A stretch of 64,000 nt of DNA from Squalus acanthias (Eukaryota). Where the stretch lies: NCBI GenBank assembly GCA_030390025.1, contig CM059443.1, positions 12,214,001 to 12,278,000 of the forward strand, written 5' to 3'. The position numbers and the translations under genes are program-made. Numbering within the stretch: position 1 is the first letter of the stretch; each line of letters begins with the position of its first letter. Under the pieces are notes generated by a model that saw only the letters and a program-made list of their open reading frames with translations, was not told the origin of the DNA and made no database searches. This document shows, one piece after another, positions 39,069 through 51,871 of the stretch.

Positions 39069-40329
39069 GCCTTTTTTTACTGAGATGTTGTAACTTGATA
39101 TGGGCACATTGCGGAGGGAGCACACTCTGCCTCTAACCCAGTGGTACTCGTTCCATGGCCCTCTTGGGCTGTTTATCGAGTTGCCAACTCTCCAGGATTG
39201 GCCTGGAGGTCATGTGATGAATCCTCCAGGAATGCGTTCAACCAGATTTGGCAACCCGAGCTGTTTACCACCTCATCGCCTTAGCAAGCTGCCCGTTTCA
39301 TCTGCTCCTGGCACTCTCTTCATGGCTGTGGGATGTAGATCAAATGAGACCTCGGTCTCAGGGCTGTCACCCTTCCAGCAAAATCAGGTAAAGGGATGCT
39401 GTTGGAAGGCAGGGCTATCCCAGTTTCCACACATTGAGTGAAGGGGCGCCACTAAAATACATCTATTGGGCCAGTGGGCGTGACACCGACCGCACGGCGG
39501 GCGTGACACCGACCGCACAAGCGCTTGTGCCTCCGCACTGACAGCCTCTGCCAACCCAGCAGGCAGTGTCAAACTGAACCATACAATCCTGCAAGGTCCA
39601 GATTGGAGGTCAGTCTGCACTGAGCGTGGCAGTGAGGTGGGTGTTATAATGGGCCACCTGGCTAGAGAGGAAGGGAGGGAAACAGCCTGTGTATCCTCTC
39701 TTGAACACTCTTTAGTGCCCCTTGCTGGAAAATGCATGTATGTGGGTTGAGATTGACTGTAATGCCCTTCAGAGTTGAATAGCCCGCCAATACACAGTCC
39801 AGGCTGACACATGAAAAATGGATGAGGTATTGAAGGCCGTGAGATTGCAACCAACAAGTTCCATCACCCTCAGGAAAGGAGAGGGAAAATATTGCTGAAA
39901 AACAAGGTTTTGATGTCTTGTGCCTCATGATAGCAATCCTCCTGTTGGCATGTTTTCAAAGATTCTCACATAGTATAATCCCCAATATTGAAAAATGAAG
40001 AGGAAATCTTCCGAGATTACATTGGTTCTGCCTCACAGCCCCATGTAAATCTGTAAGAGTACATCACAAATCCCAGGGACTGCACTAAATCCCTACAATA
40101 CATGTCAACAGTATAAAGAGGAGATAACATAGGGCACAGTGAAGCTTCACCAACTGCAAGGTTTGCTTAAAAACAGAAGTGCTAAAAGTATAGAGCAGGA
40201 CAGTCAGCCTGTGAGTGAAAATCCAGGCGAATGTTGAAGGTAGAGAGACTTCACCAGAACTACTAGAGCCTGTTCTGGTGAGGACGGCACATCAAAACTT
40301 TAAGTCAGCCTGTCGTCACTGCAGCACAA

Positions 40330-41027
40330 GATGCACTGACTCCTTCTATGGTACCATTCCACAGACACTGACTCCCATTGGGTACAGTTCCACAGACACT
40401 GACTCCCACTGGGGTATAGTTCCAGACACTGACTCTCTCTGGAATACATTTCCACAGATACGGACTCTGACTGGGGTACAGTTCCACAGGGGTTGACTCT
40501 CACTGGGGTACAGTTCCACTGACTCTCACTGGGGTACGGTTCCACAGACACTGACTCTCACTGGGGTACAGTTCCACAGACACTGACTCTCACTGGGGTA
40601 CAGTTCCACAGACACTGACTCTCACTGGGGTACAGTTCCACAGACGCTGACTCTCACTGTGGTACAGATCCACAGACACTGAATCTCACTGGGGTACAGT
40701 TCCACAGACTCTGACTCTCACTGGGGTACAGTTCCACAGACACTGACTCTCACTGTGGTACAGATCCACAGACACTGACTCTCACTGGGGTACAGTTCCA
40801 CAGACACTGACTCTCACTGGGGTACAGTTCCACAGGCGATGACTCTCACTGGGGTAAAGTTCCACAGACACTGACTCTCACTGGGGTACAGTTCCACAGA
40901 CACTGACTCTCACTGGGGTACAGTTCCACAGGCGATGACTCTCACTGGGGTAAAGTTCCACAGACACTGACTCTCACTGGGGTACAGTTTCACAGACACT
41001 GACTCTCACTGGGGTAAAGTTCCACAG
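40330..41027. repeat. 32-bp minisatellite, ~22 copies, same unit as 18135-18966
   Basis: Unit cagacactgactctcactggggtacagttcca, degenerate at the left end. Confidence 0.95.
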
Positions 41028-41778
41028 GCTCAAATATAACGACCGCCCAGCTCTGATTGGTTCAGCACAACACCAGTGTGTGGATCAGGGGTGCTGTATT
41101 GTTTTCAATTTAAACCATTTCAGTTTCAGCACAGTCCTGTTAACCACCGTCTTTAATAATCTATTTGATCGCAATGATTTGCCTCTAAGATAATCCAATC
41201 TCTTTAAATCTGACTCAGAGACTCATTTGGCTGCTGATATGATCTATTATTGTTTGCGATTGAGCCATTTATCTAATTAAGTAATAATGGATGTGTGAAT
41301 GGACTGTCGTACCATATTAAACACAGGCAGGATGAACAGAGGACAAGACCGAAGTATGATCCTAGTAATCACTCTCGTCCCAGCCTGGGTACGGCTGGAT
41401 ATTTACTTTCATTGCGGATTTCCCTTTAGGGGTGGGCCCATTTTTTCGAAGCAGAGGTTAGGGTGGACTGGGATGGACGGGACTGGAACGGGACGGGGTT
41501 CAAGTTCTCAGTATAGTGCTGCATTATCTCACCAGTTATGTAAGTTGGTCTCTGTTTCTCATTGACCTTCCAGGATCGAGCATAATTACCCAAAGATTGA
41601 CATATGCCTTCAGAGCATGCACCAGCCTTCACCACCTGCTTTAATGCAGAGCCCTGTGATTTGTGGAGCTAGTGAGACTGGCTCACACTCCCAGCCTCGC
41701 TCCCCACTCTGTTGGTGCAGGGAACTTTATTCTTTTAAACAATCTTTTCTTTTGATTTGCAGCCTTGGGGCTCGTTGC

Positions 41779-42763
41779 CCTCACTGCCCCTGACCCCAGC
41801 CTCACTGCCCCTGACCCCAGCTTCACTGCTCCTGACCCCAGTCTCACTGCTCCTGATCCCAGCCTCACTGCTCCTGATCCCAGCCTCACTGCTCCTGACC
41901 CCAGTCTCACTGCTCCTGACCCCAGTCTCACTGCTCCTGATCCCAGCCTCACTGCTCCTGACCCCAGTCTCACTGCTCCTGACCCCAGTCTCACTGCTCC
42001 TGACCCCAGCCTCACTGCTCCTGACCCCAGCCTCACTGCTCCTGATCCCAGCCTCACTGCTCCTGATCCCAGCCTCACTGCTCCTGATCCCAGCCTCACT
42101 GCTCCTGACCCCAGTCTCACTGCCCCTGACCCCAGCCTCACTGCCCCTGACCCCAGCTTCACTGCTCCTGACCCCAGTCTCACTGCTCCTGACCCCAGCC
42201 TCACTGCTCCTGACCCCAGCCTCACTGCCCCTGACCCCAGCCTCACTGCTCCTGACCCCAGTCTCACTGCCCCTGACCCCAGCTTCACTGCTCCTGACCC
42301 CAGTCTCACTGCTCCTGACCCCAGTCTCACTGCCCCTGACCCCAGCCTCACTGCTCCTGACCCCAGTCTCACTGTCCCTGACCCCAGTCTCACTGCCCCT
42401 GACCCCAGTCTCACTGTCCCTGACCCCAGTCTCACTGCTCCTGACCCCAGTCTCACTGCTCCTGATCCCAGCCTCACTGCCCCTGACCCCAGTCTCACTG
42501 CTCCTGACCCCAGTCTCACTGCTCCTGATCCCAGCCTCACTGCCCCTGACCCCAGCCTCACTGCTCCTGATCCCAGCCTCACAGCTCCTGACCCCAGCCT
42601 CACTGCTCCTGACCCCAGCCTCACTGCTCCTGATCCCAGCCTCACTGCTCCTGATCCCAGTCTCACTGCTCCTGACCCCAGTCTCACTGCCCCTGACCCC
42701 AGTCTCACTGTCCCTGACCCCAGTCTCACTGTCCCTGACCCCAGCCTCACTGTCCCTGACCCA
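41779..42763. repeat. 21-bp minisatellite, ~47 copies
   Basis: Unit ctcactgctcctgaccccag[c/t]. Confidence 0.97.
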
Positions 42764-43594
42764 AAAATTGAATATGTGAAGTAAACACGTCAATGGAAAG
42801 ATTTTAGATTTGGACAAGTATTTTTGATTTGGACAAGTATTTTTGAAAAATGTGCTGGTTATATATCTAGAAAATGCATAAATTGCTCCTTGAATTTATT
42901 CTCCGAGATTGTGAATGCACAGTCAAAAGATGGGGTGGAGTCAAGGGGTATTTAAGGTGGGAGTGGGGGCGAGCACCTATTCTTAACAAATTCCCTTTAG
43001 TTACAGTTCAGGAGTATTTACATCACTGGCTCCCAGTACAAATTGTACATCATGGCTCAATGAGGCCAGTGAACGGAGCTCTATTGTGCGTCCTTGCACA
43101 CAGCGACCCATCTCCGCGTTAACTCACCAAAGGTCAATGCGCAGGCAGTGGTATAACTCATGGCTGCTGGCTCCGCCTCACTCTAAACAGGGACCAGTCT
43201 GAAACTGGTACTGTTGTGTATGTTGCCGCTATGGATACCAGCTTTCACAGGGGCAGGTCCCACCAGTCCAGTGATGTGATACAAGATGTGGCTCGCGAAG
43301 GTGGGATCACAATGGACTCGGAGCAGTCTGTGTTGTATAAATTGGAGCTCGGCCATTCACACGTATCACAAGCTCCTTTGGATCAGGGCTGTGCGTTTGA
43401 TCACATTTACAATCTTGTCCATTTTATGCTCCACTTATGCTGCCATCAGCAAAGCAAGGCTCTCCCCTTTCCCACCGCAATCTGGTTTGCAAATAACGAG
43501 CTCTTCCAGCTCGTAGCTTCTGTACCGCTCCCCGAGTCCCGCTTCATCAGCCCACTCGCTCCTCTGACCTCAAGCTGAACTCCTTCATCTCCTC

Positions 43595-44197
43595 GATAGC
43601 AAAATACTGCAGATGCTGGAAATCCGAAATAACAACAGAAAACGCTGGAAAAACTCAGCAGGCCAGGCAGCATCCGTGGAGAGAGAAAGAGAGTTGACGT
43701 TTCAGGTCGATGACCTTTCATCAGAACTGGGAAGAGCTGGAAATCAAATAGATTTAAGGCCAGGGTAAAGCTGGGAAAAGGGGGAGGGGATAAAGGAACA
43801 AAGGAGGAGATGAAGAGACATTAAGAGACATTAAGAGATATGCAAGGCTAGAGGTGGTGTTAATGTGACAGATTAAGGCTGAATGAAGTGTGAAATCTAC
43901 TGGCAGCTGTCCTTCATTCTGCCAGCAGATTTCACACTTCATTCAGCCTTAATCTGTCACATTAACACCACCTCTAGCCTTGCATATCTCTTAATGTCTC
44001 TTAATGTCTCTTCATCTCCTCCTTTGTTCCTTTATCCCCTCCCCCTTTTCCCAGCTTTACCCTGGCCTTAAATCTATTTGATTTCCAGCTCTTCCCAGTT
44101 CTGATGAAAGGTCATCGACCTGAAACGTCAACTCTCTTTCTCTCTCCACGGATGCTGCCTGGCCTGCTGAGTTTTTCCAGCGTTTTCTGTTGTTATT
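43595..44197 (+). mobile_element. Palindromic Penelope-like insertion (281-bp arms, 12-nt loop)
   Basis: Arms 43626-43906 and 43919-44199 with one mismatch seen. 14-bp TSD tccttcatctcctc at 43581 and 44198. Confidence 0.88.
44097..44133 (+). ncRNA. Minimal type I hammerhead ribozyme (Penelope-associated)
   Basis: agtt-CTGATGA-a-aggtc(atc)gacct-GAAAC-GTC-aact: canonical core, GUC triplet at 44127-44129, palindromic ACGT stem III. Mirror copy on the - strand with its core at 43699-43724. Confidence 0.75.
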
Positions 44198-44860
44198 TCC
44201 TTCATCTCCTCTATTGCTGAAACTGTCTCCAAGTAGCTCGATTTATTTCCCCTCAATAGCTCTTAACCGTCTCTAAATATATATGCCTCAACCAACATCA
44301 CTAAAACAGATGATCTAGTCAGTATCACATTGCCGTTTGTGGGACCTGGCTGTGCGCAAAATTGGCTGCTGCGTTTCCTGCATTTCAAGCAGTACTTCAT
44401 TGGCTGTAAACGCTTTGGGACGTCCCGGGGCCGTTAAAGGCGCTATATAAATGCAAGTCTTTCATTTTAAAGTCCAAGTCCATCCGAGAGTTGGACGCTG
44501 CTCCCGTATCTTCCAACACCTCTCTCCCACTCCTGGACAGGGCCCAGGATAAAGCTGCTCTCACCTCTAGTCTCCAACCTCTCTCCATCACAACCTTTCT
44601 TGTCTCAATTTTATTATTTGATGTGTCAGCTGTGGCTCAGTGGGTAGCCCACTCACCTTCTGAGTCCGAAGGTTGTGGGTTCACAGTCCCACTCCAGGGA
44701 CTTGAGCACAAAGGTTTAGGCTGACAGGGAGCGCTGCACTGTCGGAGGTGCCGTCTTTCAGATGAGACGTTAAACTGAGGCCCAGTCTGCTCTCTCAGGT
44801 GGATGTAAAAGTTCCTATGGTACTATTTTGAAGAAGAGCAAGGGAGTTATCCCCGGTGTT

Positions 44861-45360
44861 TAAGGATAAGGGCTAAACCATTTAGGACAGAAATGAGGGG
44901 GAATTTCTTCACTCAGAGGGTGGTGAACCTGTGGAACTCATTGCCACAGAGGGCAGTGTACGCCAGCTCATTAAATATATTTAAGAGGGAATTAGATATA
45001 TTTCTACAGGCAAAAGGGGTTAAGGGCTACGGAGAGAAGGCGGGGACGGGATACTGAATTGGAGGATCAGCCATGATCTCATTAAATGGCGGAGCAGGCT
45101 CGAAGGGCCGGATGGCCTACTCCTGCTCCTATCTTCTATGTATCTATGTATCTATGTGTCCTGGCCAATATTTATCCTTCAATCAAAAAGAACAGATTAT
45201 CTGGTTCTTGGGGAATTGGCTAAATACCTGAAGGGAAAACATTTGCTGGGCTACGGGGAAAGGGCGGGGGGAGTGGGACTAGCTGAAGTGCTCTTGCAGA
45301 GAGCCAGCACGGGCTTGATGGGCCAAATGGCCTCCTTCTGTGCTGTAACCATTCTATGAT
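44861..45360 (+). mobile_element. Two CR1 3'-end fragments nested in a DeuSINE
   Basis: CR1 tails at ~45135-45157 and ~45350-45360 interrupt a continuous DeuSINE at 44623-45520. Confidence 0.7.
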
Positions 45361-45868
45361 CACATTGCTGTTTGTGGGATCTTGCTGTGCGCAAATTGGC
45401 TGCCACGTTTCCTACATTAAAACAGTGACTACACTTCAAAAAGTACTTAATCAGCTGTAAAGCGCTTTAGGACATCCAGTCGTGAAACGCGCTATATAAA
45501 TGCAAGGCTTGCTTTCTTTCTTTCTTCTTTCTTATTACTACTGTGGTTTGTGGTCCTCTGAACTTTCCTCTCTTGTTCCTTCTAAACTCCAGCTATCCCA
45601 TCCTGCACTCTCTTCCTCCTCCCTGCATCCTATCTTTGAAATTAAGATTCGTGACACCATGTCCTGATCTTGCAACTGATAAACATGCCTCCTCCCTCAG
45701 TCTTCAAATAAGAAACTTTTTTTCCCTCACCACCATGCCCCCCCTCCCTGCCCCCCACCCCCCCATTACCTCACCCGAAGGTACTGACTCCCAGTTGGGG
45801 AGCAGCCACCAGCCGCCCTCCAGTAACTTGCCTAAGTGGCCATTCTTCACATATGAACCTTGACAATG

Positions 45869-46585
45869 AGTCATAGAGTCATAGAGTTATACAGCACAGA
45901 AAGAGGCCCTTCGGCCCATCGTGTCTGTGCCGGCCATCAAGCCCTGTCTATTCTAATCCCATTTTCCAGCACTTGGTCCGTAGCCTTGTATGCTATGGCG
46001 TTTCAAGTGCTCATCTAAATGCTTCTTGAATGTTGTGAGGGTTCCTGCCTCTACCACCCTTTCAGGCAGTGAGTTCCAGATTCCAACCACCCTCTGGGTG
46101 AAAAAGTTTTTCCTCAAATCCCCTCTAAACCTCCTGCCCCTTACCTTGAAACTATGCCCCCTTGGTTATTGACCCCTCTACTAAGGGGAAAAGTTCCTTT
46201 CTATCTACCCTATCTATGCCCCTCATAATTTTGTACACCTCAATCAGGTCCCCCCTCAGCCTTCTCTGCTCTAAGGAAAACAACCCCAGCCTGTCCAGTC
46301 TCTCTTCATAGCTGAAGCGCTGCAGCCCAGGTAACATCCTGGTGAATCTCCTCTGCACCCTCTCCAATGCAATCACATCCTTCCTACATAAGAACATAAG
46401 AAATAGGAGCAGGAGTAGGCCAATCGGCCCCTCGAGCCTGCTCCGCCATTCAATAAGATCATGGCTGATCTGATCCTAACCGCCAATCTATAGTGTGGCG
46501 ACCAGAACTGCACACAGTATTCCAGCTGTGGCCTAACTAGCGTTTTGTACAGCTGCATCATAACCTCCCTGCTCTTATATTCTAT
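45869..46585 (-). mobile_element. CR1 LINE 3' fragment containing a short second CR1 tail (46386-46490)
   Basis: ORFs 46152-46397 and 46373-46606 give CR1 ORF2 C-terminal peptides. Tail gagtcatagagtcata. Confidence 0.88.
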
Positions 46586-47079
46586 GAGTATCCAAAGGCT
46601 ATTCAACTTTAGGGTGCATTACAGCCGAGCCCAATCCGCTCCTTACTTGATATCACACTTCCAGCAGGAGTCGCCAGAGACCAATCAGGAGGCAGATCCC
46701 TGTCTAATCTCCGCCCCCTCGTAGCCCAATTGTAGCAACTCTACCACCGCAGCCAGGATCAAGTAATTCAGGTCAGGTATCGGCCCTGGGACTTTACTGT
46801 TCTGTGTGGCTAAGCTACTCACCAATTAAACTCTCTCAACCAGCTCCAATAGGCTACGTTTAGCCACAAAATGTAACTCCTGCCAGATCGATTAATACAG
46901 ACGAGAATCTTTACTCTTCGGCTGAACGGGTAAAGAAGATTATTTATGAACTTTAATGTTACAGAAATCTTTGCAAACCATTTACTGCACCTATGCATTA
47001 GCTCTTGTTTTGCACAAGGGTAAAAGCCAGAGAGAGTTTACCTTATTAATTACATTATTAGTTTCCGCTTTGGGTGCAG

Positions 47080-47780
47080 TCGGGAAATTGCGCCCAAAAT
47101 GCGCTTGAAATTGCTCTGGTTCGGTTACGTCAAAATTCATTTGCTTAACCACAAACGCAAAATCTTCTATAAACCAACGCAATTGGGCAGCGTAATAGTA
47201 GGTAATTGTTTCTTTCTTTCCATCAGGACGTATTCCTTGATGTATTTAAGAGTGGTAACCCGGTGCAGTTTTATTAATACAGCTCAAAATGGGTTTATCA
47301 CCAAAAATAAGCATTTTTAATAAGGTTGTCTACTCCTCCTCCTGTGAGTAACCAGATTTAAAATCACTGAAAATGACTTTAAAAAAAACCTATTCTGAAC
47401 CATTTCATAGTTTCATTGGTGTACACTAGTCAGTTTCTTAGTAAATTAAATATTTTTTGATATGAAGAAACTTTTAAACCGTGTCTACTAGTGCCTGTGC
47501 GTATAAGAAAATGAGCGCAATTTGAAGAGTCTCCCCGAACCAGCACAATCAGCGGAATCTCGCAATTCCGACCTGGGGGTGTGGCCAGTTTTGTGGGCGG
47601 GGCCTGATTCAGGAAAATTTGACTCTTGAACCAACGGTAAAAGATCGCGGAAAACGCGAGCGTGAGTGGTTTGGGCGCAACTCACCTACGTTTAAAATTC
47701 CCCGGTCTTCTGCGATAGTTCGGCTGATTCTGCCCAGATAGTGCTGGAATCTGGCCGCAAAGCTAGCGGAAACTTCCCCC
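47080..47780. mobile_element. Probable degenerate Harbinger-like MITE
   Basis: CpG-rich ends gggaaattgcgcc and gcggaaacttcccc around an AT-rich core. TSD not resolved. Confidence 0.35.
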
Positions 47781-47876
47781 TAAAATGTTTAAAGTTTAAA
47801 GGCTGGTGGGGCCCACCATTGTCATGAAGCACGCAGACCCTTTCTAGGCTCACCTGAAGAATGGGTGCTTGAGGGA

Positions 47877-47892
47877 GGCACCAGAGGGCGCT
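47877..47892 (+). promoter_or_regulatory. CTCF-like motif
   Basis: GGCACCAGAGGGCGCT is a close match to the CTCF core, and lies in apparently non-repeat sequence between the two genes. Confidence 0.4.
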
Positions 47893-48754
47893 GTGGATCC
47901 TGTATCCCAGCGAGAGTCAGCAGCCTTCCGAAGAGGAGGGGGGAAAAAATCGATTCAAAAGTTATATTCCAGCTGGCGTGGAGTGGAACGGGTGCGAGGC
48001 AGGAGCCTCGAGGAGCTCAGGCGCTACCAGCCACAAGTCAACACACCCTCGAATCAATAATTAAACAGCGCAGTTACACTGCAGCACCTGCCTCATAGCG
48101 ACCTAAATTATTGTCCCATCGCGCAGAAACTGCAGCATAACTGTGCCGTAAATTACCACACTTTGAAATGGTTGGCATTTCACATTCTGCACTATTTCCC
48201 TAATCTAACGGTTCCTCTCGTCCTGCCCTGAGACTAAATAAAAATACTGTTTTATTTTCTTGATAGATGACTGAGATTAGGGTCCTATAATGGGAACAAT
48301 AGCGGAAATTCTGTACACCTATCTTACCATCTAGTTCGATGTAAAACTAATATAGGCGGTCAAATAAGCCCTTCTTGTTCTTTCATTGAAAACAATCTTG
48401 TATTCTTTATGTACAAGGATTAGTGCAGCAAGAGCTTAGATTCCAATCAGCACTCGTATTCATCTCAGACATTCGAATGATGATTGAGTTTGTGTCTAAT
48501 CCCTGTATTACTCCTCTCCTCTTACACTATTTCCACCCAGGCCTGCTACTCCACCCCACAATTCCTGTAATTCCGGTTGACTCCAGCTAATGCACAGTCC
48601 GATCCAGGTGTACAATTCCCTTGTATTAACCTAACTTCCATTTGTTCTTTTTGTACAGATCGAGGCATATTTTAACTCAGTGAAAATTCTAATATGTATT
48701 TGGTCCCAATTATTCAAGAATGTATAGCTAGATTATGCGCTTAGAATAATACAA

Positions 48755-49060
48755 TAGAATCATAGAAACTTACAGCACAGAAAGAGGCCATTCGGCCCAT
48801 CGTGCCTGTGCCGGCTCTTTGAAAGAGCAGTCATGCTTAGTCCCACATCCCCGCTTTTTGTCTGTAAACCTGTAAGTTCCTCATCCTCCAGAACCCGTCC
48901 AACTCCCTTTTAAAATTATTTATTGAATCAGCTTCCACCACCTTTTCGGGTAGAGCGTTCCAGGTCCCAACAACTCTCTGTGTGAAAAAAAACTTCTCAT
49001 CTCCTCTCCAGACCTTTTGCCAATGATTTTAAGTCTATGACCTCTGGTTATTGACCCACT
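48755..49060 (-). mobile_element. CR1 3' end fragment
   Basis: Reverse tail atagaatcatagaa and the 3' stem-loop aggccattcggcccatcg. Confidence 0.75.
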
Positions 49061-50384
49061 TAATGTAATAAACTGTCACAAGATGTGCAGTAGAGGATTT
49101 AGGAAAGGGGCCGAGCAGTAGGCAAATTAGTAGAGAGACGAAACTGGGTTTTAGAGGATTTTGGGGAGAGGGAAGTACCAGGCCCTGGGTTTTTTGGAGA
49201 GAGATGGAGAGCGGGAGGGGGTTTAGGGCAAAGAGGGGAACCTGGAACTGGGGGTTTAGGAGGGAGGGATCGAGCATTAAGGCATTTAATAGAAAGACAG
49301 ACCAAGTGAATATAAAGAACACAGTTGCAATGTCACTACAAATAGAAACAGAGGAAATCCACCCCTTTGTTTTAACTCATAAATTTAACCCTCAGAGTGC
49401 TGCTAGGTTCAGGGAATCTTCTGTTTCCGTGAGCTAACCGGATTTGTTAGTTTTCAGCTCACCCACTGTGACAGGGAAATAAACACTAATATTACAGTAA
49501 TAAATCTACTCAAATACCAGGAATAGATTTGTCACTAGAATATTAACCCTGGACTATTAAAATACCTTTTATAAAAACAGTACAATATTCAAGTACATTC
49601 CTTGTATTTGATTTTGTCCCCTTTTCCTTTTATTTCCTTGCCCATTATTCAACTTTAATTTTGTTCATTTTCTAACTAATTTAATTTATTCTACATGTTC
49701 AAACTTACTTGCCCCTTTTTGTGAAGTTTAAAATCTGTTCCTTCACTTTCTTTTTCTCTCACATTGGCAGCCCCAGAGCACCATGGAAACCCACCTGGGA
49801 CATTGAGAGGCCTAATATACCCTTGTGCCTTCAAAGCCTAAGTGAATTATTGTTCAGCTTCAGTGTCTATTTTATTCCACATTTGTTTTTTCTTGGAATC
49901 GATGAGGATAGCACGGATGTGGAGAGTGGGAACAGGTGAAAACTGACAAAAGAATATAAGATAGTCACCAAGAAATCCAATAGGGAATTCCAAAGAAATC
50001 CAGAGAGTGGTGAGAATGTGGAACTTGCTACCACAGGGAGTGGTTGAGGTGAATAGTATAGATGCATTTAAGAGAAGCTAGATGAGCATATGAGGGAGAA
50101 GGGAATAGAGGGTTATGCTGATAGAGTTAGATGAGGAAGGGTGGGAGGAGGCTCAAGTGGAGAATAAACACCAGTATGGACTGGTTGGGCCGAATGGCCT
50201 GTTTCTGTGCTGTATGTAATTCTATGTGATAAAGTAAAAAAAAATAATATTTACACAATAAGGTGCAGTGATTGTAAATTCACCTAGCGGTATCAAAACC
50301 TTTATTACTCTGCAGATACTGCAGAAAAGCCAGATTTTCATGAATAATTCTGGAGTATAAGGAGTGTTAGGACTATAGACGATG

Positions 50385-51310
50385 CTCGACTGCTTCAGAC
50401 GGATCTCGATGTGTTGGGGGATTGGGCTTGTGACTGGAAAATGATGTTTAACTTGGAAAAGTGCAGTGTTATGTACGTGGGCAGGATGAATGGTAAACAT
50501 ACAAACACCCTCCAGGGAAAAGCATTAAAGCAGGTAGAAAAAGAAAGAGATATGAGCATTTTAGTGCATAAATCTCTAAAGGTTGATGAGCAATGGCGTG
50601 AAGTGATAGCTAGAGCGAATAAGGCATTTATAGGGCAATTGACTATTAGACAAAGTATACTATTTTGTCCTTGTAGAAGTCCTTGGTCAGGCCGCAGTTA
50701 GAAAAATGTGTCCAGTTTTGGTCTCCTCACATGCTGGGTAATATTAAGGCTTTGGAAAGAGTGCAGAGGAGGGCCCCTAGATTAATTCCCAGTTTGTAGC
50801 ATCTTAGCTATCAAGATAAGCTAAAAGAGTTGGGACTCTACACTTTAGAGAAGCGTAAACCTATGGGTGACGAAGGGAACAGATTGTGTTCCAGTTGACA
50901 CTTTGTTCTAATCAAAAGGTTAGGGAGGACCAGGGGTCACAATTTTAAGTTATGTAAGGCCAGATCTAGGTTAGATGTAAGGAAGTGGTTCTTTTCCCAA
51001 AGAATGGTGGACCTCTGGAACCGGCTGCTGTCTCATGCGGTGGATGCTGATTCACTGAATTCCTTCAAACAAGAGCTGGAACTGATTCTGGCTGGGGCGG
51101 TGATCACCTCATACAAGAGGTAGGTCCTGCAAGGAATTCAGGGCCAGAGTGATCTCCTGGACTAATTTTGATCACCTAAGTGGGGGTCGGAGAGGAATTT
51201 CCCAGATTTGTTTCCTCAAAATGGCCTGGGTTGTCAATCTGTTTTTTTTATCTCTCCCAGGAGATCATATAGTTTTGGCTGGGGTAGATGATGCACAAGG
51301 TATCACAAAT
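50385..51310 (+). mobile_element. Older CR1-clade LINE 3' fragment
   Basis: WACDWKMMFNLEKCSVM...ERDMSILVHKSLK...VQFWSP peptides, degraded. Confidence 0.75.
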
Positions 51311-51871
51311 TGTGTGGGACATGCCGGATGGCCATTTGGCTGAGGTAGCAGAGGGCTGCAGCTATCTGGAGCCCGTACCCCAGAGAGGGCCAGCACTTTC
51401 AGGAGAAGGGGGGAGAAAACTGGGGCAAAACAAAAAATGGAAAGAAAGGAAAGGATCTGCAATCCCATTTGCTGACAACCTGTGAAGCCACTTTCTTCAA
51501 TTACAAAATGTTGATCTATTTTTTTAAACTTTGAGATAACTACTGGAGGACTCCAGCCGTTTTAAGGTTGGCCAAGACAGTGTGGTCCAGTCCAAGATTT
51601 CCAAAGTTCATCTTTTTGTCATCGGCTGTTGGACCTCACAGGATTGGGGGGAGATTTTTGCACACTGGCTTCAGTCCTTCAATTTCTGATTTACTGCCAT
51701 GTGCTCGCTGACCAGGGATTTCCCGTTCCTGGTGCACTGTTCACCTGCCCCATTGACCTTGCTTGTTGAACCCTCCCTCCTTGTTTGGGACACAATGAGA
51801 TTCACTGTAATCAGTTCCATTTTGACAGATGTAAAGAAAGACTTGCATTTATAGAGCGCCTCCCACGATCA

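Noticed and set aside
41683-42817. Four overlapping 339-360 aa ORFs (LGSGAVR, SSEAGVR, PDPSLTA repeats)
   Set aside because: These are translations of a 21-bp minisatellite that lacks stops in several frames. There is no non-repeat domain or splice support.
49095-49275. G-rich tract with GGTTTAGGG motifs as an interstitial telomere
   Set aside because: There is no tandem TTAGGG array. It is only low-complexity purine-rich sequence, like 1420-1495 and 32780-32950.
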